From Takakia lepidozioides (Eukaryota > Plantae > Bryophyta): a stretch of 64,000 nt of DNA. The stretch spans positions 54,684,001-54,748,000 of the forward strand of contig CM060734.1 in assembly GCA_030704615.1 (NCBI GenBank), written 5' to 3'. The translations under genes and the position numbers were made by a program. Every line of letters begins with the position of its first letter. Within the stretch, counting starts at the first letter, position 1. Positions 39,241-50,499 of the stretch are shown in pieces. Under the pieces are notes generated by a model. It ran no database searches. It was given only the letters and a program-made list of their open reading frames with translations, and was not told the DNA's origin.

Positions 39241-40121
39241 CAGTGTTGTGCGGGTCCGGGTTTTGAAGGCGGGTACCCGGCGGGTTAGGATCCGGGTTAC
39301 CCGGACCCTAACCCGGATTCATTTCTAAAATGAACCCGGAACCGGACCCGGACCCGCCTGCTGGGTCCAGAACCCGTTAAACCCGCTACCCGTGGGCCAA
39401 TGTAGCGGGTCAGGGTCCGGGTCTTAAATTTAGACGGGGCATGCGCGGTCCACCTTAGATTTGGTAGGTTTTGTCATATGTGTGGGGACGAGCAGCAATC
39501 CGCAGCAGCCAGCCCCACCACGTTGTAGCCCACTGGTAATGCCCACATACCACCTCAAAAGCGGTTGTGGGTTCAATCCACGGAGTGGTGTCACAAAGTT
39601 GTGCCCTCTGGGACCATAATTTTCACCTCCCAAAGGAGACGACATATATTATTATTATGCCAGATCCCATGCTATAGTGATCTACCCTTGAGGCATATTA
39701 CTATTCTTAACATGTTTAAACAATTGATATTGAAAAATAGAAAATGGAACTCAAACTTAATTTAATTCTTATTCATGGTATACATATTCATATTCACGGT
39801 ATATTTTGAAGGAATGTCTCTTAAAATAAAATTCATTATTAGGATTTAAAGTTTTTTCCAGCCAAAAATAAATTTATTCCTAATTAATATTTTTATTTAA
39901 TCAATAAATTAGGACCCGGATCCGAACCCGTGATCCCGCTAATATTTCCCAACAATTACCCAGACCCTAACCCGAGTCCGTGTTGACAAACCCGGACCCG
40001 AACCCGGACCCGGATTTTCCAAATTTCAAAAACCCGGATCCTGACCCGGACTTGGCTCCGAAAAAAAACCCGCACCCGGACACGGCGGGTTCCTTAAAAA
40101 GGCAGAACCCGCACAACACTG
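39241..40121. mobile_element. Non-autonomous hAT-type element (881 bp)
   Basis: Perfect 15-bp TIR CAGTGTTGTGCGGGT, 8-bp TSD GTAGAAAC/GCAGAAAC, dense subterminal ACCCGG/ACCCGA repeats at both ends and an AT-rich core with no transposase. Confidence 0.9.
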
Positions 40122-41099
40122 GCAGAAACGTAACTCGTGGAGAAACTTCAACAAGAGGTGTAAACTCTAACCAATGAAATTACGGAATTTGGTTAAACAT
40201 GAAGGCAACGAGGTGATGAGGATGTCATCCATACGCTGACAAAGACCTATTGATGCAAGCGAGGAAGGAAAACAGATCTTGCAAACCCACGTTCTTGCAG
40301 GAGGTGTCCATAAAGCTGGGGCTAGGGCTAGAACGTAGTAGCCGTCCACCAACATCAACGTCGTTTACATATTCCACACCGTAACCATTGGAGTCTATCA
40401 GGCGACCACCTCCAAGTGCCTGCTCCAAAGTGTCAAACAGGACACTCTTTTGCATAGGACGAGGCTTACATTTGTCGTCACGGTACCATCCTTGCCTATA
40501 ACCGTTACTTCGATTCTTCGCCATCACCACCGAGGCCGCTGAAACATCAATTCAGCCAACTCGGCATAAGCTGAAAAACCTTCACACGCAACGGCCTCCA
40601 AAACCGAGAGAAACCCAAGAAGCCAAGCCCTACAAGTTTCCAAGCTTCCTGAAAGACGATTTCCAAGCAAAACCCGATTCAAAAGGCCTCATTGGATGAA
40701 TATCGTCTTTTTTTCCAACGAAATCCTCAAAGAACGAATGCTAAAATGTCCACAAATGTTGGATGAACAGAAATCTTTCCTATGGGTGGCCCTTTGCAAA
40801 TGCGTCGTACAAGTCTCATTTTATTGACCGTCGCACTGAGTGAAGAAGCTTAGGTATAAATTACATCGTGGTTTGCTTGTATCGTGAAAATACACTTCGA
40901 TCTGAGCAAGGACAACGGGAATATTCTGTCACAAATGGTTTTCGCCCCATCGTTGAAAATTTCTCACCTGAAATCACCATAATTTTTTTTTTATAAAGTA
41001 CAAAACTATGACGCCTCCTTAATCTGTGTGAGAGGACAAATTGCGAGCTTTCCACCCCATCGTTTGAAGTGAGGAGTTTGCTGCATGGATGTTTGCTTG

Positions 41100-41473
41100 T
41101 TTCCAAAGTAGTAATCCCGAATCGCTCACCCAATAGTCTCTGAGATGACTTGGCACTCACCACACCTGAAGGTTCTTCATGACACAAAGATGTGGTGCTG
41201 ATGAGGCCAAAAGCATGGTCAGCTAGTTCTCGATGTGCTGCCAGCGAGAAAAACATTTTGCACCTCCTGGACATGAATGTGATGTACAAAGTGCATGTCA
41301 GGCACATATCCAACCTGCTTCATGTGCCCAGACAATCTTTTCAACTCAGCAGAGATTTCCTCCGTTTGTTCAACCTGAGCTGTGCTCACCTTTGTCAGAA
41401 CTGTCCTCCATCATTATTCTAAACTGCACTTGATCCTCCCACCTGCCCTCCTGCAATCAGTGATTTTCAATAG
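41100..41473 (-). pseudogene. Degenerate E2/E+/DYW coding remnant behind the PPR stop codon
   Basis: Frame-shifted peptides EGRWEDQVQFRIMMED, QTEEISAELKRLSGHMKQVGYVPDMHFV, HRELA..AFGLIST and VMKNLQV(C)GECQ match the E2, E+ and DYW consensus in order. Confidence 0.85.
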
Positions 41474-43801
41474 CTAAGTTCCAGGGTCCTGCGGACCCAG
41501 CTTCAGGAGGCATTTTGCTGCCCGTTCTGCAAGTTCCACCTCACCATGAAGATTGCAGGCACCAAGCAAGGTTCGCCACACCGAAGCATCTGGTTCCATT
41601 GGCATGTTCTTGATGAAGTCCTCTGCCTCATCCAAATGCCCTGCACGACCAAGAAGATCCACCATGCAGCCGAAATGCTCCATTGTAGGAATGAGGCCAT
41701 GATCTGAACTCATGGATTTAAAGTACTGATGGCCTTCATCCACAAGGCCCACATGACTACACGCAGTGAGAAGACATATAAAGGTGATACCGTTTGGCTT
41801 AAAACCTTCCTTTTTCATTTGTTGGAATAGCTGTAGGGCTTCTATACCACATCCATGCTGAGCATATCCGGCGATCATGGAGTTCCATGAGACAGCATTA
41901 TGTTGAGCCATATTGTTGAATACCTGATGTGCATTATTGAACCTCCCACACTTGGCATACATATCAACAAGGGCATTCTCCAGATTGATGTTTGGCACCA
42001 CTTCAGCTTTCAGGATGTCAGCATGAACCTCCATGCCCTTTTCCAGCGCTGCCAGGCCGGAACAGGCATTGAGAACGCAAATGAACGTGACCCTGTCGGG
42101 CAGCACCCCTTCATGCACCATTTGCTCATAGGTCTCTAAAGCCTCCCTACCACATCCATTGTGAGCATATCCTGCGATCATTGCACTCCATGAGACCACA
42201 TTCCGTTGAGCCATATTCTCAAACACTTGACGTGCATCCTTCATGCTCCCGCATTTGGCATACATGTCAACAAGAGTATTCTGCAGAATGTTGTCTGGCA
42301 CAATTCTAAATTTCCTGATCTCAGCATGAACCCACATGGCCTTTTCCAGGGCTGCTAAGCTCGCACATGCATTTATGACAGAAATAAACGTGATGTTGTT
42401 GGGCGTAAGCCCTGCCTTTACCATTTGCTCATAGACCTCTACAGCCTCCCTAGCACAACAATGCTGAGAATAGCCTGCAATCATGGAGTTCCAAGAGACC
42501 ACATTTCGCTGAGCCATGTTGTCAAACACTTGACGTGCATCCATAATGCTACCACATTTGGCATACATAGCCACAAGGCTATTTTCTAGAATGATATCAT
42601 GCGCAAGTCCAGCTTTAATGATGTCAGTATGCACCTTTCTGCCCTTTCCCAGGGCTGTGAGGCTGGCACATGCATTGAGAATGCAAATGTATGTGACATT
42701 GTTGGGCCTCACTCCTTCCTGTGTCATTTCCTCGTACATCTCAGAAGCCTCCCTACAACACTGATTGTAACCATATCCTGCAATCATGGCATTCCATGAT
42801 ACCACATTTCGTCGAGCCATATTGTCAAACACTTGACGTGCATCCTTCATGCTACCACATTTGGCATACATGTCAGTAAGGGCAGTCTCCAGCACAACAT
42901 TGGGTAGATTTCCCGCCTTGATGATGTCAGCATGGAGCTCCTTGCCCTTGTCCAGGGCTGCCAAGTTGACACATGCCTTGAGAAGGCCAATGAATGTGCC
43001 CTTGTTGGGTGTCACACGCTCCTGCTTCATCCACTTGTAGCTTTTGAAGGCTTCCCCACCACATCCCTCCTGAGTGTATCCTGCAATCATCGCATTCCAT
43101 GAGACAACAGTCCGTTGAGCCAGGTTGTCAAACATTTCAGAAGCATATTTTACCCTCCCGCACCTGGCATACATGGCAACAAGGGCGTTGTCCAGAGTGA
43201 CATCTGGTGCAATTCCGGCTTTAATGATGTGATCATGGACCTCCATCCCTTTTTCCAAGGCTGCCAGACTGGCACACCCATTGAGAATGCAAATGAACGT
43301 GACCTTGTCCGGTGTCACCCCATCCTGTATCATTTGCTCATACATACCAAATGCCTCCCTACCACATCCATGTCTAGCATAGCCTGCTATCATTATATTC
43401 CACGTAAACAGATCTCGTTTAGGCATTCTCTCAAAAACTTGGCGAGCATCCACCACACTCCCGCACTTGGCATACATATTGGCAAGGGTGTTTAGTAGGA
43501 ATATGTTTGGCTTGAATACAGTCTGGATCATATGGCAGTGCACCTGCTTTCCTGCTGATAGGTCTTTCATGTTAATGCACTCATGTAAAAGACATACGTA
43601 AGTAATGAAGTCCACTGAACTACCAAGTTGTTTCAAAATGAGCAGTGCCTCGTTGAGTTGTCCTGCCTTACATAGAGTCCTCACAGTTCCACAAGTGCAG
43701 GAAGAGCTCTTGTTGCGTCCCTTTCTTGATCCTCTTTCAAAAGCAATGGTCCTGGTGGAGGTGCCTGATACACTCAACTGTGGCTGGTTCACTCCTGTCA
43801 T
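41474..43801 (-). CDS. PLS-class pentatricopeptide repeat protein (about 20 motifs ending P2-L2-S2-E1), truncated at the start of E2
   Basis: Intronless 775-aa ORF of regular L-S-P triplets (MYAKCG, VSWNAMIAGY, VTFICILNAC), then HFGCMVDLLGRAG and VWRTLLGACNLHG. An acceptor-like CAG just before the ATG means an upstream exon is possible. Confidence 0.93.
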   Translation of the reverse strand: MTGVNQPQLSVSGTSTRTIAFERGSRKGRNKSSSCTCGTVRTLCKAGQLNEALLILKQLGSSVDFITYVCLLHECINMKDLSAGKQVHCHMIQTVFKPNIFLLNTLANMYAKCGSVVDARQVFERMPKRDLFTWNIMIAGYARHGCGREAFGMYEQMIQDGVTPDKVTFICILNGCASLAALEKGMEVHDHIIKAGIAPDVTLDNALVAMYARCGRVKYASEMFDNLAQRTVVSWNAMIAGYTQEGCGGEAFKSYKWMKQERVTPNKGTFIGLLKACVNLAALDKGKELHADIIKAGNLPNVVLETALTDMYAKCGSMKDARQVFDNMARRNVVSWNAMIAGYGYNQCCREASEMYEEMTQEGVRPNNVTYICILNACASLTALGKGRKVHTDIIKAGLAHDIILENSLVAMYAKCGSIMDARQVFDNMAQRNVVSWNSMIAGYSQHCCAREAVEVYEQMVKAGLTPNNITFISVINACASLAALEKAMWVHAEIRKFRIVPDNILQNTLVDMYAKCGSMKDARQVFENMAQRNVVSWSAMIAGYAHNGCGREALETYEQMVHEGVLPDRVTFICVLNACSGLAALEKGMEVHADILKAEVVPNINLENALVDMYAKCGRFNNAHQVFNNMAQHNAVSWNSMIAGYAQHGCGIEALQLFQQMKKEGFKPNGITFICLLTACSHVGLVDEGHQYFKSMSSDHGLIPTMEHFGCMVDLLGRAGHLDEAEDFIKNMPMEPDASVWRTLLGACNLHGEVELAERAAKCLLKLGPQDPGT

Positions 43802-46422
43802 CCTGCATGCCTCAATCCTCTTAGGTACAAACCGTCACACTGAAACTGATGTAATGTATCTCAGAGCTCCTAGATAGAGCAAAGAAAGATCTCTGCGTGA
43901 GGACAAGCTCATTGTTATATGATGGCAGGTTGCTGTAGTTTACCTTTTTACAACACAGCCAAAAGATGCAGCCTTTTAAAACCATAGTATATCAGTAGAG
44001 CCACTTCTGACAACTGTGTTCGCCTCATGCTGACAAACAGCTATGACACAAGAAAGTCATGTACGACTCCTCCATTGTATAACCTCGTATTCTACCCTAA
44101 CACTTTTTCTCCCATCCCCACTAAATGGAGAGAGGTAACTCACACCTCATTCAAAACACAATAACTATGCAACAGATGGCTGATTCATGGGTCCCCTCCT
44201 GAAAATTATGAGGGTACTTAGAACATCCCATGAACCTGGCAGAGGACGCGGCTCGGGAGTCTGCATCCGGGTTAAAAGGAGGGACTGACTGGAAATACAC
44301 TGACATTACCCCTCCAACAGCAAGCGCTGAACACTTCCCCATAGCTGCTTCCAGCTTCTCCAATGAACCATCTGCCCATGCAGGGTTCCTGTAGCTATCA
44401 ATCCACAGGGCCTTGTTGGTACTGTTGTGCTTGATATTTGGAACACTGGGACTGATCTGCACCCACACATCATCCTTGCCTTATTCAGCTATCCTTGCCT
44501 CCAAGACAAAAAGCATACAACGCTACCCTTTGTGAATATGTGGGAAGATGATGTCTGTGTGAAGGGAGGGAGAGGGAGGTGATTACAAAGCTCAACATGA
44601 GTTTCCTCCCTCTTCCTTGCCCAAACAAAAGTACAGAATAGGTCCTGGCGAACCTCTGCAGAACTCATCCCCACTGGATATGAACCCTGACATGGGTAAG
44701 CTGTAGGTTTGACCCCATCGGAATATAAACAATCAGGCTACTACTATCATACTGCTTGAACACATTCAACGGAATGATCAATCCTACTACTGGGGAGTTA
44801 GTGTTGAACTAAGGGCTGGTCTTAATATCATGTTAGAAAGCAGAATGTAGATGTCAGCACTGCAACTTTAGCCCTCCATCTTAGATATGACACATGTGGC
44901 TGTGGTGCCCTGATGTGCATAGAGGGAGGGTGTCATCATTGACCCTTCTGACACATCATCTCCAGGGCTTTGTACACGCAGGTTGTGGTTTCAAACCCAC
45001 CGAAGTATCTGAAGCGGAATTTTCCATGGCCAGTGACAATCCAATTCTGGATCAACCTCACAATTGCAATGCCAGTGCATTGTCAAACACTCGCTTCTCT
45101 GTAACTGCTCCATTAGCCCTCTAGATTGCAAAGTGCCTTAATTGAATGGGGTTGCACTGGCTGTGACAGTGCTAAAGAGAAAGGAAAGGAAAAAACAGCA
45201 AGGATGACAGAAGGAAATATCATTAAGTTGTGAAAGTTTCCTAATGCATTTTGTTGTCTGCTTCTGCTCACTCACCTTTTTGGCTGCATTGTCCCACCAT
45301 TGCGTGGGGCTTGAAAAGAATTTGCTCCACAGCTTGCCGGCATCTGTGCTACATATATATGCACATTTGCCTGCAACCCCAGTAATAATATCACATTACA
45401 CCACTCACCAGACAAACCAACTTACAAAGCCCATCATAAAAGGTTCCCATACATGTCATGCAACTGGTGTGGAACCTAGACCTAAATTTCCGAGAACAAG
45501 AGCTCACCTCAGCTGTTAGCCGGGCAAGAAGTTGAGAAACGTCAGAAAAGAGCAAGAGGGCTACTTCCCTGGTCAATGAAGCTATGGATCACTGAAGTAT
45601 ACTGTGGCTTTCAGGAGAATATAGTTGCTCGGCTTGCCAAAAAGGTTCCCTCCTGATTTAATAAGGAGCTTTGACAGGGTGTGATGAATGCAAAGTCCAC
45701 CCAACAACTGCTATCAGATACAGCAAGCTAGATTACACAGAGGAATAAGGGAGGAGTTAAACTTGAATGCAGCAGCATTCACAACTAACCACCCCCACCC
45801 CACAAAGGAAAAACCCCATATCCAGATGGGTAGGAGAGACAGGAGTACTTAATTACACTTTGCTCGTCATAAGCCTCGTGGCCATGGATAGCATTCGAAC
45901 TTTGGCCATGCAAAACGATGTAGGGAGAGGGGCAGGGAACAGGGGGAGAACAGACAAATGCACTACATTGGGAACTTCAACCTGCCATCCCAATGTTTAT
46001 CAATACCTTTGCAACGTTCTCACCTGTGGCACTGTACCCATATCACCCTCCCATGCATGCATAATTCCTACGACTACCGCTGCTTGGTTTAACTAACTCT
46101 TGTCGACTAGTCCAGGTATTGAGATGGTACTTTGATGACATCTTGCATAGAAATTGAGATAAATTTGGTTAGGTTTCTCTGGCTGTCCACAGAACGCATA
46201 TTCTTATTCCCCTATCCCCAATCATCCCTTCGAAAGGACTCCTTGGAGCCCATCAAGCCATACCAGTCTGAAAAACAGATTACCTGTTGGAAACCTCAGT
46301 TTTAGAAAGGCTGGCCAGGTTGAATTCCGTATACATTCTTCCGGTATCCATTGTGTTGGCAATTTCCTTCCCTAATATGACCTGGGGCGTACACTGCCTG
46401 TGATTGCGCTCCACATTCCAAC

Positions 46423-46459
46423 CACCACCTCCACCACCTCCTCCTCCTCCTCCTCCTCT
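46423..46459. repeat. (CCA/CCT)n trinucleotide tract
   Basis: CCACCACCTCCACCACCTCCTCCTCCTCCTCCTCCT seen directly. Confidence 0.8.
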
Positions 46460-47073
46460 TCTTTTTCTGGTCTCCACAGCCCGGCAATTGGCTTGAAACT
46501 GCTGCAAACAGATCTCCATGCAATGCGATTTGGAACATGCAGAGGGGGAACTAAAGTATACACCCCACATATTCTTAAATCATTAAGTACAAGGCGAATA
46601 TTGGAAACAGCGTAGCCTTGGAGAGACTTGTCAGGACCCTCAAAAAGTGTCACGGATCAGCGGATTCTCGGAAAGTGGAAACCCATGCAGACGACGAAGT
46701 TCTGCAGAGCACCACACGGAAGCCCTGCATTCAAGCGGAGATGAGACTGCAAAACCTGACTGTGCAAAACCTACTACCGTAGTGGGATAGCCCGTGGCTG
46801 CCTAATAATAATTATTCGGCAGTTAGGCACCTTCAAGAAATTTTTCTAAATTAGGCATCTTGAATGTGAGGCTAAACGGATGGCTCAGGAACAGTGAATC
46901 CGATGGCGCTCCTTTCTTTTCTTGGGCAATCAGGAGTTGGGCTTTTGGTCTCGGGTCCAGAGTTGTCTGTAGAGAAGCAGGCCTGCGGGATTCAAAGCAA
47001 GGTAGCGGGAACTTAGCACATGGAGGCAGCATGTGCGTTTGAGATCCTGGGCTTGGAGTTTTAGATTGGGAAG

Positions 47074-50000
47074 ATGGCAGGCATGATGCGGGGAGGTGGA
47101 ACTCCTCAGAGATCCACACTCCCTTCTCAGGAGCTTCTGGATGATCTTTGCAGGTGGGTCGGGTTTTTTTTTCTCATTGTTTTTGCTGTGGTTGCAACTG
47201 TACAGCGGTAGTGCTAGCATCTGAGAGTGAATAGTTTATGCTGTGTGCAGCCGGTTTGTGTTGAATGCCCCAGAGGAGGAGCTCCAATCATTTGAAAGGA
47301 TTCTGTTCCTGGTGGAGCAAGCGCACTGGTTCTATGAAGACAACACAATGGAGCAAAATCACTCCTTAAAGACTCTGTCATTACGTGACTTCACCTCTTT
47401 AAGTATCCTATGGAGTGCATATTTGCTTGAGTGTACTATGGTGGTTATCAAGTTTTCCAAGTTAAGATTGCTCTTGAAAGAAATGCAGAGAGGAGAGAAG
47501 ACTCTGACCAGTGAAACTAGGCCATAACAATGAGACAAGATTCAAGCTCGGTGCTAGTGGTGCACATGGAACTTAGAAAAGAACAGGCATTGACTATCTG
47601 TAAGGCCCATTTTCTGGAGAGTTTCTATAGGTATCCATCGAAATCACAGCTGCAAATGGCCCTTCATGAGTCCTCTCGAAGTGACTCGGGCATCGAAGGA
47701 TCAGGTGGAAGTGTGATCTATTCAGGGGGTTAAACTGGAATACGTAATAGATGATTACTGGGGTTCAATGATTGTTGTGTATCCATTGGTCTGCAGAACT
47801 TGCAATCTGCAAGAATTCCATGGGATTGGGCTCAATCAGGCTTGTGTCTGTCTGTCCCAATCAATTGAAAAGAAAACTATTTGCTAAGCCGCAGTGGGAT
47901 ACTTTTTTTAGGATATCATGGAGGCTGCTAGGATGACACTATGTAATTTTTACTTTGCCTTAACCTTGCTATGCTGCAAGTGTTTCAGAGCTGTTCAGCA
48001 TTGCGACCATACATAGGACACATTGATGATATCTATAAAGACTTCAAAGATTACAAGACTCGCGTGCCTGTGACTGGTGCCATAATTCTTGACGATTCAT
48101 ATGAGAGGGTGGGTGCTGTTAGTACCTTTAGTGATTGACTTTCATGTGCTCTTAAAGTGGAGGATATAAATCAAAGGAAAAGGAAGATTAGTAGGGAAGC
48201 ATGCATGGAGATTTCACTTGCAAATGTGGAGAGATGCTTGTGAGTCGTGGCAAATGATTCGCCTCTGGAGGTGCAAGTGGATTATTTTTGGCTTCCCACT
48301 AGGCTGTAGGTCTGGAATTTGGCTAAAGCTCTCCTCTGGTCATGCAGTGTTTGCTGGTGAAGGGTTGGAAAGCTGGTGCAAGCTGGAGCTTCCCTCGAGG
48401 CAAGAAGAACAAAGATGAGGAGGATTCCAACTGTGCTGTAAGGGAGGTAAGTTTTAGATTTTTTGTTGCGCATGAAACCCATCCTTGGAGTGGACTGAAG
48501 CTCCTAGTATTGATGTGGATGTGCGCAACTTTGCAGGTATGGGAAGAGACAGGGTATGATGTGTCAGGGCAGCTGAAGGTGGAAGATCACCTGGAAGTGG
48601 TGATTGCGCAGCAGCGAATGCGCCTCTATATTATTGGGGGTGTCAAGGATGACACCCCCTTTGCTCCTCAAACCAAAAAAGAAATAAGTGTATGTTTCAC
48701 TCCTTGTATCTTATGCGCACCTTCTTAACCCTACCTTTCTGATCTGGAGAAATAATACGGCCTTGCTTAAAGGCTGGAAGGTGTGCGCTCAGTTAGACTC
48801 ATGTAAGTTATACATTTTATTCTATGCCAGATTACGCCCACTCTGGCATGACCTCTCTATTGCAGCTGTGGTGTGCAGGAGATAGCCTGGCACCGAGTGG
48901 ACGAACTGCCAATGGGAAGCAATGAGACCTCATCTCATCATCGGGGTCCAACTGGGCTCAAGTACTTTATGGTCTGGCCGTTTGTTGGGTATGTGTCCTA
49001 TATTCACACTCAGAGTTTCTCATCTCTAAGGTAATAACAGCTGGGATGTCACTGTGTTGAAAAACAGAGTCCTGCAATTCTCATGTTCTGTGCAACTGTG
49101 TGAGCTGTTCTGCTCAATAGTTCAGGTTTCCCTCTCATGAAGAAATCATGAGGAGTCTCTGTCATAGAGACCAGTTCAATCTGCTGTACAATGCCTTGAT
49201 GGAGCTGGAGATTATGAGTAATTGATGATTCGATTCATGTGTGATTTCCCATGACTTATTATTGGAGTGTGTTGCAAATACCCACGCTGTCTGCTGGGCG
49301 ATACAGACCATTACAAGATTGGATAGTCACACACCGTCCTCCAGGGCTCCCAAGATCCGAGACTCCCATTAAAGGCACGAATACTTCCATGCTGTATCTA
49401 TCTATTGTAGGAACTTCACTTTTCTGAATTGAGAATTATAGGACTTCAGGGATGTTATTTCTGTAGACTCCAGATGCGAGAGCCTTGTGCCCACTCTGAA
49501 GAGTTGGGGAAGAGGGGGAAGGGGGATGGAGAGAGAGGGGGGTTAGAGACATGACCCTGACTGAAGTCATCATCGAGAGCCTCCTCCTCTTGCAGGTACC
49601 CTTTCGGGGGTGGGCAGGGGGATGGATGGAGAACAGGATGGGGGCCATCACTATGGTGGAAGGCTTGCTATAGAAGTGGGATGTAACCAAGCTGGGTGGG
49701 TTAGCATTTCTTTACTGACAAATGTCATGATTTAGGTTTTCGGTTTATGAAGTGTGGTATGGGTTGCTTCCCTCCTTGCAGAAGTAACAGCAAGGGGGAA
49801 GGTGGGTGTGGCAAGTGAGGGAAATACATCTGATGTATACACCATGTTGTCATTTTCATGCAGGAACTACAGTTTGGAAGGTGAAGAACGCTTCTTCCAG
49901 CAGTTCTGGGCTTCTGGCCCCTCCTGGTCAAAGCATACCTTTATTGCCGACGCCCATTGCCATCTCTGCTTCCCCTTCTGCACCCCCTGAATCAGGGGAG

Positions 50001-50096
50001 AGCCAAGTCAATAGTCCTAGTCAGGACCTTCCTGGGAAGGCGTTTCGAAATTTCAGATTTGATTTTGCTGTTATTCTGCAGCAGCTGGAAGGCTAG
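47074..50096 (+). CDS. DCP2: mRNA-decapping enzyme catalytic subunit DCP2; exons 47074-47153, 47251-47402, 47981-48108, 48348-48446, 48537-48689, 48878-48988, 49307-49374, 49864-50096
   Basis: Box A LLDDLCSRFVLNAP..SFERILFLVEQAHWFYED, YKTRVPVTGAIILD, Nudix box WSFPRGKKNKDEEDSNCAVREVWEETG, FAPQTKKEISEIAW and C-terminal PGKAFRNFRFD. Confidence 0.96.
47403..47980 (+). other. Probable U12-type (minor spliceosome) GT-AG intron in DCP2
   Basis: Donor GTATCCTA (consensus RTATCCTT), branch site TGCCTTAAC at 47956-47964 about 17 nt before the AG, and only a weak polypyrimidine tract. Confidence 0.75.
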
Positions 50097-50499
50097 TGAT
50101 TTTTGCTTTTTCCTGAGGGACTATGTGGCAGTGCTGGTAGCCTTGTGCCTACTGTTCCTTTGGTCTCCTTGGATGTTATGGGGCCAAGGAACAGGAGGCT
50201 TGCTTCTATAAAAATGTAGCATCTCATCAGTTTTGAAAACAAGGTCCAAGTGATCTTGGAAAATTTGTAGAGGTTTCATGAGCGTTCGCTTGTAAATTTC
50301 CATATACTGTACCAACAATTATTTGATGCTGCCTAATTTTTCATCCGATCTGCAATGTCTACTACGGATTGAGATCCCCACTCTCACTCAGTTGAAATGA
50401 CTTGACAACTGGACTGTGTAGGAGTACATTTCTTTTCACACATAAAAGAAAGGTTGGAGGTGCAAAAGCAAAGGTTGGCTCATGCTACTTCTGACCATG

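Noticed and set aside
41474-41476. Stop-codon readthrough or editing restoring a full PPR-DYW
   Set aside because: The downstream relic has several frameshifts and deletions, so readthrough would not rebuild the domain.
44151-46653. Separate protein-coding gene between the PPR gene and DCP2
   Set aside because: Short ORFs with no recognisable homology. More likely 5' UTR or upstream exons and introns of the PPR gene.
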